From Gammaproteobacteria bacterium RIFCSPHIGHO2_12_FULL_35_23 (lineage in GTDB: Bacteria > Pseudomonadota > Gammaproteobacteria > UBA12402), in NCBI GenBank assembly GCA_001801465.1, contig MGXT01000020.1:134228-198227 (forward strand): a stretch of DNA of 64,000 bases. Reading direction: 5' to 3'. The notes under the pieces were generated by a model. That model saw only the letters and a program-made list of their open reading frames with translations, did no database searches and was not told where the DNA came from. The first letter of the stretch is position 1. The number at the start of each line of letters is the position of its first letter. Shown in pieces: positions 1-10,505 of this stretch. The translations under genes and the position numbers were made by a program.

Positions 1-1
1 T

Positions 2-1399
2 AAAACAGCTCCTGGTCCAACTGAAGCAAAAGAACGACTACTAGCTAAAGTCTGGCTAGCTGAAGCAGTTAGTAAGTTGTGTAAAGAATCTAGTGTACAA
101 ATGACTAGGCCCGATTATATTGGTGAACAATATGGCGCTAAGCTAGAAGGCTATTATTTATCTCCTATGCAAGCACAAGCTATTTTGGAATTAAGATTAC
201 ATCGTTTAACAGGATTAGAACAAGATAAAATCTTTGCAGAATATCGAGAACTGTTACAAAAATTAATTGAGTTAAATGAGATTTTAGCTAATGTTTCGCG
301 TTTGTATACTGTCATTAGAGCCGAATTGGAAGAAATTAAACAGCAGTTTAGTGATAATCGACGAACAGAAATTATTGCCAGCCAGCAAGATTTAACCGTT
401 GAAGATTTAATTACTGAAGAAGATCTAGTAGTCACTTTATCACAAGAAGGCTATATCAAAGCACAGCCAGTAAGCCTTTATCAGGCCCAGCATCGTGGCG
501 GTAGAGGTAAGCAGGCTACCAGTGTAAAAGACAATGATTTTATTGTTAAATTGGTCATTGCTAATTCTCATGATACGGTTTTATGTTTTTCTAGTATCGG
601 TAAAGTTTATTGGTTGAAAGTCTATCAATTTCCACAAGCAGGACGTAATTCCCGTGGTAAGCCGATTGTAAACTTACTTCCCCTAGCTGAAGGTGAAAAA
701 ATTAATGCTATTTTGCCTGTTCACGAATATCTAGCTAATAATTATGTAGTGATGGCTACTTCAAAAGGCACAATTAAAAAAGTTGCCTTAGAACAATTTT
801 CACGACCTAGAGCTAACGGTATTATTGCGATTGAATTATTAGAAGATGATCAATTAGTTGGGGTGGCTTTGACAGATGGTACTCGAGATATTATGTTGTT
901 TACAGATACGGGTAAGGTAATTCGTTTTAAAGAAGATAACGTTCGTCCTATGGGTAGAACGGCTCGAGGGGTCCGTGGAGTAAAGCTACAAATGGATCAA
1001 CGTGTGATAGCTCTTATTATTGCTGAGGTGAATGGAGCAATTTTAACTACCACCGAAAATGGTTATGGAAAACGAACTGGTATAGAAGAATATCGTGTAA
1101 CAGGCCGAGGTGGGCAAGGTGTTATCTCTATTCAGGTCAGTGAACGAAATGGTAAGGTAGTCGGGGCAGTACAAGTTTTGGAAAATGATGAGGTGATGTT
1201 AATTACTAGCGGGGGTACGTTAGTGCGTACCTATGCGAATCAAATTTCTTTAGTAGGCCGCAATACGCAAGGTGTGCGCTTAATTAATTTGTCCGAAAGT
1301 GAAAAATTAATTGGGTTGGGTCGTATTGAAGAGATCGTAGCTGAAGAAGCAATGTTATCTGAGGAATCAAATTTAATTTCGGGAGATGAAGTTTTATAA
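2..1399 (+). CDS. gyrA: DNA gyrase subunit A, C-terminal portion (5' end lies outside window)
   Basis: Reading frame open to window start; translated region matches GyrA C-terminal domain (YYLSPMQAQAILELRLHRLTGLE, TLSQEGYIKAQP, PIVNLLPL, GRTARGV motifs typical of GyrA beta-pinwheel). Confidence 0.9.
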   Translation, partial: KTAPGPTEAKERLLAKVWLAEAVSKLCKESSVQMTRPDYIGEQYGAKLEGYYLSPMQAQAILELRLHRLTGLEQDKIFAEYRELLQKLIELNEILANVSRLYTVIRAELEEIKQQFSDNRRTEIIASQQDLTVEDLITEEDLVVTLSQEGYIKAQPVSLYQAQHRGGRGKQATSVKDNDFIVKLVIANSHDTVLCFSSIGKVYWLKVYQFPQAGRNSRGKPIVNLLPLAEGEKINAILPVHEYLANNYVVMATSKGTIKKVALEQFSRPRANGIIAIELLEDDQLVGVALTDGTRDIMLFTDTGKVIRFKEDNVRPMGRTARGVRGVKLQMDQRVIALIIAEVNGAILTTTENGYGKRTGIEEYRVTGRGGQGVISIQVSERNGKVVGAVQVLENDEVMLITSGGTLVRTYANQISLVGRNTQGVRLINLSESEKLIGLGRIEEIVAEEAMLSEESNLISGDEVL

Positions 1400-1443
1400 T
1401 TTATAAAACTTATCTATTCAAGCATGTAAATTAGGGTATTGTC

Positions 1444-2523
1444 ATGTCTGTATTTAATTTTGGAGCTGGGCCAGCCATGTTGCCTATCCCGGTGCGTGAT
1501 AGGGTCAAAGAGGAATGGCTAAATTGGCGGGGGTTAGGTACTTCAGTCGCTGAAATTGGTCATCGTACAGAAATATTTCGTCAGGCGATGGTCAAAATAG
1601 AAAATGATTTAAGAGAGCTATTAGCAATTCCTAATAACTATAAGGTATTGTTTTTACAGGGAGGTGGCCAAGGGCAATTTGCTTTAGTTCCCATGAACCT
1701 GTTAGGTAAAAACCCAGCAGCTGATTATTTAATTTATGGCTTATGGTCAGAAAAGGCTTATCAAGAAGCAGAAAGATATGGAGCGATAAAAGCAATAAAT
1801 TTATGTAACGATACACCTCCTTTTACTTTATTGTCGCAAGCTGCATGGCAGCCTAATAATAAAGCTGCTTATTTACACTATTGTAGTAATGAAACAGTAG
1901 ATGGTATTAAACTAAACTATATTCCTCAAAGTCAAGCCCCTTTAGCTGTTGATATGTCTTCTGATATTTTATCCGAGCCTATTGATATTAACCGTTATGG
2001 GATTATTTATGCTTGTGCACAAAAAAACGCAGGGATTACTGGTATTACTATCGTTATTATCAGAGAAGATTTGCTAGAGCAAGCCATGCCATTAACGCCT
2101 AGTGTATTTAACTATAAAAAGCAAGCTATTGAACATTCACTTTATAATACTGTTCCTACTTTTCCTTGTTATATTGCTGGCTTGGTATTTGAATGGATGA
2201 AAGCAGAAGGTGGGTTAACTGCCATAGCTTCTCGTAACCAAGAAAAAGCTGCTCGTTTATATAACGTTATTGATTCCATGTCAGATTTTTATTTTAATAA
2301 AGTTGCTAAGCCTTATCGATCTATTATGAATGTAACTTTTTTTCTCAAAAATATTGCGCTTGAAAAAGAATTTATAGTGGGCGCTGAAGCTGCTGGGTTA
2401 ATGTATTTACAAGGCCATAGAACTCGAGGAGGTTTTCGGGCTAGTATTTATAATGCTATGCCTGAAGAAGGGATAAATCGCCTGATAGAGTTTATGAGGG
2501 AGTTTGCTAAAAGAAAGAGATAA
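1444..2523 (+). CDS. serC: phosphoserine aminotransferase
   Basis: 359 aa; N-terminus FNFGAGPAMLP and overall class-V aminotransferase architecture characteristic of SerC; gyrA-serC adjacency. Confidence 0.85.
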   Translation: MSVFNFGAGPAMLPIPVRDRVKEEWLNWRGLGTSVAEIGHRTEIFRQAMVKIENDLRELLAIPNNYKVLFLQGGGQGQFALVPMNLLGKNPAADYLIYGLWSEKAYQEAERYGAIKAINLCNDTPPFTLLSQAAWQPNNKAAYLHYCSNETVDGIKLNYIPQSQAPLAVDMSSDILSEPIDINRYGIIYACAQKNAGITGITIVIIREDLLEQAMPLTPSVFNYKKQAIEHSLYNTVPTFPCYIAGLVFEWMKAEGGLTAIASRNQEKAARLYNVIDSMSDFYFNKVAKPYRSIMNVTFFLKNIALEKEFIVGAEAAGLMYLQGHRTRGGFRASIYNAMPEEGINRLIEFMREFAKRKR

Positions 2524-2526
2524 TAT

Positions 2527-2993
2527 ATGAGAACAAGTGAAACAGGGAGGTTAACAGCTCTAAAAGTGCTGGGTTTGGCAGGCATTGACTATCGTGAAAA
2601 TGCAACAGCTCATTATTGGGGGCGGTTTTTTACTTGGCCAATGCTTACTATGGCATTCTGGCTAATTATTCAATGGTTTTTAGAAGATCATCAAGTTATT
2701 TCCCCTGAGTTGAGTAATTTATTAAGTTGGTTGATTTGGTTTGCTTTTGTTTGTGAAACTACTATTTTAACTTATGTAGTAGATAATAAATTTCGTTATC
2801 TGCGTGATAATTGGATGAATTTGTTTATTATTGCTTCAGCCATCCCTGTTGTGTGGGGGGTGATGCCTATGACAGTGATGCTAAGAACACTAAGAATTAT
2901 TATTATTCCAAAATTAATTATTCATTGGTGGCGGCATTAGGTATTGCTTATTTTATAGGACTATTTAGCATGGCCCATAGCTTTCATTATTAA
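2527..2993 (+). CDS. membrane protein fragment resembling the S1-S4 voltage-sensor of ion-transport family channels; continues in a second frame (2811..2993), probable degraded gene
   Basis: Four hydrophobic segments with acidic residue in S2-like (FVCETT), Asp in S3-like (RDNWMNLF) and S4-like LRTLRIIIIPKLIIH; overlapping frame encodes further TM helix (SLVAALGIAYFIGLFSMAHSF); no pore region. Confidence 0.3.
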
Positions 2994-3039
2994 GTATACC
3001 TGTTTATAATTCCCCAACTTTAATTAAGGAGACAGCGCT

Positions 3040-3741
3040 TTGAATAAACTTCCACCAGTTATAGCAATTGATGGGCCAAGTGGTGTAGGAAAAGGAACTA
3101 TAGGACGTTTATTAGCTCAAAATTTAAACTGGCATTTCTTAGATAGTGGTGCTTTATATAGAGTCTTATCTTTGGCTGCCCAGCAACATGATGTGGCTTT
3201 AGATAATGAGCAGGCTTTAGAAGTATTGGCGGCACATTTGGATGTTCAATTTAAAACCGAGAAAATGGGAGTGCGGGCTAGGGTGATTTTAGAGGGTGTA
3301 GATGTCACAGATGTCATTCGCACTGAATTACAAGGTACGGCAGCCTCTAAGGTCTCACAATTTTTAGGTGTTCGTAACGCTTTGTTAAATAGGCAAAAAG
3401 ATTTTAGACAAGCGCCTGGATTGGTCGCTGAAGGGCGTGATATGGGGACAGTAGTTTTCCCAGATGCAGAGCTAAAATTATTTCTTATTGCGAGTGCTGA
3501 GGAACGGGCTGAACGTCGTTATAGGCAGTTGAAAGAAAAAGGGTTAAATGTTAAACTCGCTGACCTTGTTATTGAGATTGCTGAACGTGATTTACGGGAT
3601 CAATCTCGAGCGGTAGCGCCATTGAAGCCAGCAGCTGATTCGGTGCTGCTTGATACGACAGGCCTTAATATTGATGAGGTCATGATTCGTGTGAAAGCAG
3701 AAGTTGAGCGGAAGCTGGGTTTTGAAGTAGTTAGCCTCTAG
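3040..3741 (+). CDS. cmk: cytidylate kinase
   Basis: TTG start 8 nt after AAGGAG; P-loop IAIDGPSGVGKGT and full-length similarity to Cmk. Confidence 0.9.
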   Translation: MNKLPPVIAIDGPSGVGKGTIGRLLAQNLNWHFLDSGALYRVLSLAAQQHDVALDNEQALEVLAAHLDVQFKTEKMGVRARVILEGVDVTDVIRTELQGTAASKVSQFLGVRNALLNRQKDFRQAPGLVAEGRDMGTVVFPDAELKLFLIASAEERAERRYRQLKEKGLNVKLADLVIEIAERDLRDQSRAVAPLKPAADSVLLDTTGLNIDEVMIRVKAEVERKLGFEVVSL

Positions 3742-3904
3742 GTTTGGTAATTTCTATCGATCTTAGTAGCAACTAAATTCTTTGTTGTTACTTCCTTTAA
3801 CAAGAATGGGTGCTTGCTAATAATTAGCAAGCAATTGTTTTAATCAACAAAATCACTACCTAATAAGTAGTGGCAGACATAGTCTGTTTTAAAGGTTAAT
3901 TTTT

Positions 3905-5578
3905 ATGACTCAAATGAAAGAAAGTTTTGCTGAATTGTTTGAACAAAGTTCAATGTACAAACGTATGCGTGCGGGGGATGTATTAAAAGGAATTGTTGAA
4001 AAAATTGGTAAAGATTATATTGCTGTTAATGTAGGTTTAAAATCTGAAGGAATAGTTCCAACAGCACAATTTATGGATGACAATAACGAATTAGAGGTTA
4101 AAGTTGGTGATCAAATAGATGTTGTGGTGGAAGCTGTTGAAGATGGTAGTGGTGAAACCCGCTTATCACGTGAAAAAGCAAAACGAGCAGCTGCATGGAT
4201 TAACCTTGAAAAAATTTATGAGTCAAGCACGCCAGTAATGGGGTTGATAACAGGTAAAGTTAAAGGCGGCTTTACTGTAGAAGTGCAAGGAGTTAGAGCC
4301 TTTTTACCAGGTTCATTAGTTGATGTAAGACCTGTTCGGGATACTTCTTATATCGAAGGTAAAAAATTAGAGTTTAAAGTAATCAAAATGGATCACAAAC
4401 GTAATAACGTAGTCGTTTCTCGTCGTGCTGTTGTTGAACAAGAAATGGCAAGTGAACGAACTGGCGTCTTGGAAAATATGGAAGAAGGCCAAATAATTAA
4501 AGGAATTGTTAAAAATTTAACTGATTATGGTGCGTTCGTTGATTTAGGCGGTGTGGATGGCTTATTGCATATTACCGATATGTCTTGGAAGCGTATTAAA
4601 CATCCAAGTGAAATTATTAATATTGGTGATGAAATTGATGTAAGAATTTTAAAATTTGATCGTGAAAAGGGCCGAGTTTCTTTAGGTTTAAAACAATTAG
4701 GTGATGATCCATGGGCTGATTTTGCCGAACGCTATCCTTCGGGCAAAGTGATATCAGGTCATGTTACCAATATTACTGACTATGGTTGCTTTGTTGAAAT
4801 TGAACCAGGTATAGAAGGCTTAGTTCATATGTCTGAGATGGACTGGACTAATAAGAATATTCATCCTAATAAAGTTGTACAACTTGGTGATGAAGTTGAA
4901 GCAATGATATTAGAAGTGAATGAAGAGCGTAGACGTATTTCATTAGGAATGAAGCAATGTCAACCTAATCCTTGGCAGGCATTTGCCAGTGCCCACAAAG
5001 TCGGAGAAAAAGTAAAAGGAGCAATTAAGTCTATTACTGATTTTGGTGTCTTTATTGGGCTTACAGGTAATATTGATGGCTTAATTCATCTTTCTGACAT
5101 TTCTTCAGAAGCTGCTCAAGGAGAGGCGATGGCCCATGATTATAAGAAAGGCCAAGAAATCGAAGCAGTTATTTTATCAATTGATGCAGAGCGTGAACGT
5201 ATTGCGCTGGGTGTTAAACAACTAGGTATGGATACTTTTGATTTGTTTGTTGATACGCTTGCTAAATCTGGCAATGTTAAAGGTAAAGTTATTGCGGTTG
5301 ATAGCGAAGGAGTGCGTGTTGAATTAGCGCCAGAAGTATTAGGTATGATTCTTGCTACTGAAGTAGAAGGCGAGCCTAAAGCTGGTGAGGAAATCTTAGT
5401 GCGTATAACGGGTGTTGATAAGAGCGCTAAGCAAGTACAACTTTCAATGAAATCACCTGCTAAAAAAGCTAAAGTTAAAAAAGCTGAAACTAGCGAAAAC
5501 AAAGAAGCTAAGAAAACTACATTAGGTGACCTTATTCGCGCTAAAATGGAAGAAGGTGGCGGTCAAGAGAACGAGTAA
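3905..5578 (+). CDS. rpsA: 30S ribosomal protein S1
   Basis: 557 aa with six S1 repeats (GxV.GxV...fGaFV motifs); cmk-rpsA synteny. Confidence 0.95.
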   Translation: MTQMKESFAELFEQSSMYKRMRAGDVLKGIVEKIGKDYIAVNVGLKSEGIVPTAQFMDDNNELEVKVGDQIDVVVEAVEDGSGETRLSREKAKRAAAWINLEKIYESSTPVMGLITGKVKGGFTVEVQGVRAFLPGSLVDVRPVRDTSYIEGKKLEFKVIKMDHKRNNVVVSRRAVVEQEMASERTGVLENMEEGQIIKGIVKNLTDYGAFVDLGGVDGLLHITDMSWKRIKHPSEIINIGDEIDVRILKFDREKGRVSLGLKQLGDDPWADFAERYPSGKVISGHVTNITDYGCFVEIEPGIEGLVHMSEMDWTNKNIHPNKVVQLGDEVEAMILEVNEERRRISLGMKQCQPNPWQAFASAHKVGEKVKGAIKSITDFGVFIGLTGNIDGLIHLSDISSEAAQGEAMAHDYKKGQEIEAVILSIDAERERIALGVKQLGMDTFDLFVDTLAKSGNVKGKVIAVDSEGVRVELAPEVLGMILATEVEGEPKAGEEILVRITGVDKSAKQVQLSMKSPAKKAKVKKAETSENKEAKKTTLGDLIRAKMEEGGGQENE

Positions 5579-5608
5579 TCTTAATGTGTGTTATAAAGTA
5601 ATAATGTC

Positions 5609-5638
5609 AAAAAGGCATGAGAAACTCATGCCTTTTTG
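5609..5638 (+). terminator. rho-independent terminator after rpsA
   Basis: Stem aggcatgag/ctcatgcct with 3-nt loop followed by TTTTT. Confidence 0.5.
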
Positions 5639-5656
5639 CTTATCTGGAGCATAATT

Positions 5657-7000
5657 ATGGCTGATAAACGCAAGTACTTTGGAACGGATGGTATTCGAGG
5701 TAAAGTGGGAGAGTTTCCTATTAAACCTGATTTTGTATTAAAGTTAGGTTGGGCGATGGGCCATGTTTTAGCGAAAGAGGTAACAGGTGGTAAGGTCTTA
5801 ATCGGTAAGGATACAAGAATCTCTGGCTACATGTTTGAATCTGCGTTAGAGGCTGGATTAGTTGCTGCTGGAATCGATATCGAGTTAGCGGGTCCTATGC
5901 CTACTCCTGCAATAGCTTATTTAACTCGTACTCTACGAGCACGGCTAGGTATTGTTATAAGTGCTTCACATAATCCTTATTTCGATAATGGCATTAAGCT
6001 TTTTTCTCGTGAAGGGTTTAAGTTGCCGGACGAAGTAGAGCTAGCTATAGAAAGCGCGCTTGACAAAGAGATGACAATGGTGAAATCAGATAGCTTGGGT
6101 AAAGCCAACCGGGTTGCTGATGCAGTCGGTCGTTATATAGAATTTTGTAAAAGTACAATTAAAAATGAAGTTAATCTAAAGGGTTTAAAAATTGTAGTCG
6201 ATTGTGCTAATGGAGCTACCTATCATATAGCCCCTGCAGTTTTTCGAGAGCTGGGAGCTGAGGTAGTAGAGTTGGCCGTAAACCCTGATGGCTTTAATAT
6301 TAACGCAGGTTGCGGTGCTACTGATTTAAAAATGTTAACTCGAATAGTTTTGGCTGAAGAGGCTGATTTAGGGATAGCCTTTGATGGTGATGGCGACAGA
6401 GTAATGATGGTTGATCACAAAGGGGAAATAGTAGATGGTGATGAGCTATTGTTTATTATTACTCGTCAGTGCCATCAGCGTCATCCTGTTATTGGCGTAG
6501 TCGGGACTGCAATGAGCAATTTGGGGCTTGAAATTGCCTTAAAAAGTATGGGAATTAAATTTGTTAGAGCTCAAATTGGCGATCGTTATGTCATGATGGA
6601 ATTAAAACAACTAGGTTGGTTATTGGGTGGAGAGGGCTCTGGTCATATTATTAATCTGGATAAAACTACGACAGGGGATGGTATCGTTTCTGCTCTACAG
6701 GTTGTACAAGCCTTGTTTTATAATAATAAAACCCTCCATGAGTTAAAGCTGGGGATGCATAAATTTCCTCAAGTGCTTATTAATGTACCGGTCAAAAGAA
6801 AAATAGATCTGTTTCAAGAGCCAAAAGTAAAATTTGCTTTAACTTCTGTTGAGGAGCGTTTATCAGGGACGGGTAGAGTATTGTTGCGAGCTTCTGGTAC
6901 CGAGCCGCTTATTCGCATCATGGTCGAAGGTGAAGACGCTATGATTATCCAAGCAGCAGCAGAAGAGTTAGCAGAAATCGTTACTAAAGTAAGTGAGTAA
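5657..7000 (+). CDS. glmM: phosphoglucosamine mutase
   Basis: [16 protein letters not shown]-terminus, active-site SASHNP motif, full-length similarity to GlmM; SD GGAG upstream of ATG 5657 (ORF track start 5636 is probably too early). Confidence 0.9.
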   Translation: MADKRKYFGTDGIRGKVGEFPIKPDFVLKLGWAMGHVLAKEVTGGKVLIGKDTRISGYMFESALEAGLVAAGIDIELAGPMPTPAIAYLTRTLRARLGIVISASHNPYFDNGIKLFSREGFKLPDEVELAIESALDKEMTMVKSDSLGKANRVADAVGRYIEFCKSTIKNEVNLKGLKIVVDCANGATYHIAPAVFRELGAEVVELAVNPDGFNINAGCGATDLKMLTRIVLAEEADLGIAFDGDGDRVMMVDHKGEIVDGDELLFIITRQCHQRHPVIGVVGTAMSNLGLEIALKSMGIKFVRAQIGDRYVMMELKQLGWLLGGEGSGHIINLDKTTTGDGIVSALQVVQALFYNNKTLHELKLGMHKFPQVLINVPVKRKIDLFQEPKVKFALTSVEERLSGTGRVLLRASGTEPLIRIMVEGEDAMIIQAAAEELAEIVTKVSE

Positions 7001-7012
7001 ATAGGCTTAAAT

Positions 7013-7049
7013 GAAATAAAAAAACCCCTGCATTAAGCAGGGTTTTTTT
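7013..7049. terminator. bidirectional rho-independent terminator between convergent glmM and HU-like gene
   Basis: A-run, stem ccctgc/gcaggg with 5-nt loop, then TTTTTTT. Confidence 0.6.
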
Positions 7050-7065
7050 ATAATTAGGATGACTA

Positions 7066-7548
7066 TTAGCCAGCCATATTTTTAAGTTGTTTCAATGCAG
7101 AAACTTTAACGGATCGATAAGCTGGTTTAGCTTTGATCATGATTTCTTCACCAGTAAATGGATTGATACCTTTACGGGCTTTACGAGCTGGTTTATTGAC
7201 AACTTTTGCGTTAACAAGACCGGCTAATTTGAATTGACCTACGCCACCTTTTTTTAAGTGAGCATGGATAATGTTAGTAAATGCATCAAATATAGCATTT
7301 ACATGTTTTTTAGAAACGCCAGTATGATCGGCAATCGCAGAATAAAGTTGTGATTTTGTGAAAGCCTTATCTTTTACTAACGTAATTTTTTTAGCTTTAG
7401 GAGCTACAGCTTTTTTAGCGGTTTTTGTAGCTTTAGCTACCTTTCGCGCTCTTTTAGCAGGTTTTTTAGCAGCCTTCTTGGCAACTGGTTTCTTAGCAGC
7501 TGTTTTTTTTGCAGCTGGTTTCTTAGTAGCAGATTTTTTTGCAGCCAT
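7066..7548 (-). CDS. histone H1-like Lys/Ala-rich N-terminal tail fused to HU/IHF-family DNA-binding domain
   Basis: N-terminal ~55 aa of AKK/KKP repeats; C-terminal 95 aa aligns to HU fold (FTKSQLYSAIA..., GQFKLAGLV..., RKARKGINPFTGEEIMIKAKPA arm). Confidence 0.75.
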   Translation of the reverse strand: MAAKKSATKKPAAKKTAAKKPVAKKAAKKPAKRARKVAKATKTAKKAVAPKAKKITLVKDKAFTKSQLYSAIADHTGVSKKHVNAIFDAFTNIIHAHLKKGGVGQFKLAGLVNAKVVNKPARKARKGINPFTGEEIMIKAKPAYRSVKVSALKQLKNMAG

Positions 7549-7882
7549 TTATTCATCCCTCATGTTGATTTAAAAAACAAAAAAACTACCAGGCAAACGA
7601 TAACACAATTCTAATTTTTTGGTAGAGTTTTTATTAAAAACTAATACTTTTTTTATAAAAAAATCTATTCTTACCCCTCTTTTAGGTCTTTTTAGCCCAT
7701 TTTTAAGGAAATTTATAATCAAAATAGAAATAACACTTGCCTGAATAAGACAAAAGTTCACGGTTTTAAATGACAGTAATAAGTAAAAAATAGGCTAGTT
7801 AAACAGAAAAAAGTAACTATGGTTATTAAAGGAATAGCCTATTATTCACTCATTTTGAGTGTTATAATGAAGCATTTCAACT

Positions 7883-8191
7883 ATGGATAAAGAAACTGTG
7901 CGATATATAGGATATTTAATAGTAATAGTATTATTAATAGTAGGAATCTCTTTTGCAATATTAAATTCAGAAGCGGTACCGGTTAATTACTATATTGCTA
8001 CCAAGCACGTTCCTCTATCCTTATTAATGGTTATTTGTTTTGGAATAGGTGTAATAATAGGGATATTAATTTTATTCTTGAAGATGGTACGGTTGCGGAT
8101 TCATAATAGATTATTACGACGACAAGTGAGTAAGTTAAAACAAGAAGTAGAAGCGAATTGTAATATGAATAAAGGAAGTTGCAGTGAATAG
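7883..8191 (+). CDS. lapA: lipopolysaccharide assembly protein A (YciS-like, 2 TM helices)
   Basis: 102 aa, two TM helices, basic C-terminus; immediately upstream and overlapping lapB as in E. coli. Confidence 0.65.
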   Translation: MDKETVRYIGYLIVIVLLIVGISFAILNSEAVPVNYYIATKHVPLSLLMVICFGIGVIIGILILFLKMVRLRIHNRLLRRQVSKLKQEVEANCNMNKGSCSE

Positions 8192-9359
8192 TCTATGGTT
8201 ATTATTATTACCGGTAGCAGCAACATTTGGTTATGTAAGTTCGACCTATAAGCGACCTCGCTCAACGCACCAGATGGCTATTAAAAACACTAAACTGCCT
8301 AATAATTATTTAACACAATTAAACTTTTTGTTAAATGAGCAACCTGATAAAGCGGTTGATTTATTTGTTAAGCTGTTAAATGTTGATAATGAGACAATTG
8401 AAACCCATTTGGCACTTGGAAATCTATTTAGACGTCGAGGTGAAGTGGATCGGGCAATTCGTATCCATCAAAATCTAATTGGGCAGTCTCAGTTAAATCA
8501 AGAATTCAGAGCACAGGCTCTCTATGCTTTGGCTAAGGACTATTTGAGTGCAGGGGTATTAGATAGAGCAGAGCGCCTTTTTTTGGAATTAGTTGAGCTG
8601 AGTACCCATAGTAAAGTTAGTTACAGAGCGTTACTGTATATCTATCAACAAGAAAAAGATTGGCAAAAAGCGATTGTTATTGCACAAAAGCTTGCAGCAA
8701 TTTCTGAGCATAATATGCAAGTTGAAATTGCTCAATATTATTGTGAGTTAGCAGAGATAGCAGTAAAGCAAAATGATGAAAATCAAGCACGCAAATTTTT
8801 AAAACGCGCTATTGCTGTCAATCATAATTGTGTTCGAGCCAGTTTACGCCTAGCTAATATAGAAATGCAAAAAGAAAATTGGGGTAAGGCTTTATACTAT
8901 TTGAAACGAGTAAAAAATCAAAATTCTGACTGGTTGATCTTGGTCATAGCCAAAATACAGGATGCTTATTTGGCTTTAAATCAACCAGAAGAGTTAGTTG
9001 AATATTTACAAGAAGTATTGACGAATCATCCGCAAATGCCAATTGTTGTTACTTTATCAGAGCAAATTAGGCAGCTGCATGGCGATAAAGCTGCTTTGTT
9101 ATTTGTTGAAGAATATGTAAAAAATAACCCTACGGTTTCAGGCCTACATGATTTATTAAGTTTACAATTGCTTACCAAAAATAGCCAAGTGCGCGAAGAT
9201 CTTGAACTACTGCATGAATTAACGCGACGTTTATTACAAAATCAAAGTGGATATCATTGTGTTAATTGTGGGTTTAATGGCGCTACAATTCATTGGCAAT
9301 GTCCTAGCTGTAAGCAATGGGAAACAGTCAAGCCCGCTTTTTTAATTCATGATGCCTAA
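8184..9359 (+). CDS. lapB: lipopolysaccharide assembly protein B (TPR + rubredoxin-like zinc ribbon)
   Basis: N-terminal TM helix, TPR repeats, C-terminal CVNCGF...CPSCKQW rubredoxin-like motif typical of LapB/YciM. Confidence 0.8.
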   Translation: MNSLWLLLLPVAATFGYVSSTYKRPRSTHQMAIKNTKLPNNYLTQLNFLLNEQPDKAVDLFVKLLNVDNETIETHLALGNLFRRRGEVDRAIRIHQNLIGQSQLNQEFRAQALYALAKDYLSAGVLDRAERLFLELVELSTHSKVSYRALLYIYQQEKDWQKAIVIAQKLAAISEHNMQVEIAQYYCELAEIAVKQNDENQARKFLKRAIAVNHNCVRASLRLANIEMQKENWGKALYYLKRVKNQNSDWLILVIAKIQDAYLALNQPEELVEYLQEVLTNHPQMPIVVTLSEQIRQLHGDKAALLFVEEYVKNNPTVSGLHDLLSLQLLTKNSQVREDLELLHELTRRLLQNQSGYHCVNCGFNGATIHWQCPSCKQWETVKPAFLIHDA

Positions 9360-10323
9360 CAGAATTATTAATCGTAAAATTTCTATTGCGCCAATGTTGG
9401 ACTGGAGTGATCGACATTATCGTTTTTTTGTTAGACTGCTTTCTAAAGAGGTATTAGTCTATACTGAAATGATCACCACGGGGGCTATTTTACATAATGA
9501 TCTTAAGCGGTTTTTATACTTTCATCCTGTTGAACATCCAATTGCTTTGCAGCTAGGGGGCAGTGTTCCCAAGGAGCTAATGGAATGTAGTAAAATTGCT
9601 GAACAATTTGGTTATGATGAAATTAACCTTAATGTGGGTTGTCCAAGTGGTCGTGTGCAATCAGGTAGATTTGGTGCTTGCCTTATGGCTTATCCGGGGT
9701 TGGTTGCAGATTGTATTGCAGCTATGAATTCAGTCGTGTCGATTCCAGTGACTGTAAAAACTAGAATTGGTATAGACGATAGAGATTCTTATGAAGATTT
9801 AACGAACTTTGTTAAGACTGTAGCTTCAGCGGGATGTAAGATTTTTATTATTCATGCTCGAAAAGCTTGGTTAAAAGGTTTAAACCCTAAGGAAAATCGC
9901 GAAATTCCACCGCTTCAATATGAAGTCGTTCAGCAGTTAAAAAAAGATTTTCCTGCTTTGCAGATTATTGTGAATGGGGGAATCAAATCGCTCACGGCTA
10001 TCACAGAGCATTTAACCTATGCCGATGGTGTAATGATAGGCCGACAGGCTTATTATCATCCTTATTTTATTGCTCAAATCGAGCAAGCCTTTTTTACAGG
10101 CAAACTTATACCATCTAAGCATGAGGTTATTAAAAGTTTTTTACCTTATATAGAAGCGGCATTAAATTCAGGCGTAAACTTGCAGTCTATCACTAAATCT
10201 ATCTTAGGCTTTTATTCTGGTGAACCAGGTGCTAGAGCTTGGCGACGTTATTTAAGTGAACATACCTATAAAAAAGGGGCTGGTGTAAACATCATTGAAG
10301 AAGCCTTAAAGCTGCTGCGCTAA
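9349..10323 (+). CDS. dusA: tRNA-dihydrouridine synthase A
   Basis: APMLDWSDRHYRFF, NLNVGCPS, FIIHARKAWL, REIPPL motifs match DusA along full length. Confidence 0.85.
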   Translation: MMPNRIINRKISIAPMLDWSDRHYRFFVRLLSKEVLVYTEMITTGAILHNDLKRFLYFHPVEHPIALQLGGSVPKELMECSKIAEQFGYDEINLNVGCPSGRVQSGRFGACLMAYPGLVADCIAAMNSVVSIPVTVKTRIGIDDRDSYEDLTNFVKTVASAGCKIFIIHARKAWLKGLNPKENREIPPLQYEVVQQLKKDFPALQIIVNGGIKSLTAITEHLTYADGVMIGRQAYYHPYFIAQIEQAFFTGKLIPSKHEVIKSFLPYIEAALNSGVNLQSITKSILGFYSGEPGARAWRRYLSEHTYKKGAGVNIIEEALKLLR

Positions 10324-10505
10324 ATAATAATGAAAAAACAAATGCTTAGAATAATTTTTAATTGATAGATAGGTTAATAATAAGTTCTGAAAAACTTAAA
10401 TGATTTATATCAAGTCGTCGCTAGCTTCCGAGAAAGAAAACTAGGTTTAAAAGGGTAATTGTGCTAATCTTGCGCTAATTTCAAACAATAATAGAAGAGG
10501 CGATT

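Noticed and set aside
5140-5502. 120-aa antisense ORF inside rpsA; similar internal or antisense ORFs at 154-435, 1631-1816, 12350-13642, 15066-15269, 18635-19072, 20568-21037, 30285-30809, 33474-33686, 39277-39525, 41413-41965, 45559-45771, 58000-58224, 58950-59165, 62500-62685
   Set aside because: All are nested within or antisense to well-supported genes, have no ribosome-binding sites and no homology; treated as spurious
7358-7573. 71-aa plus-strand ORF rich in Phe/Leu/Ala
   Set aside because: Mirror-strand artefact of the Lys/Ala-repeat tail of the HU-like gene (AAG/GCT repeats read antisense as CTT/AGC)
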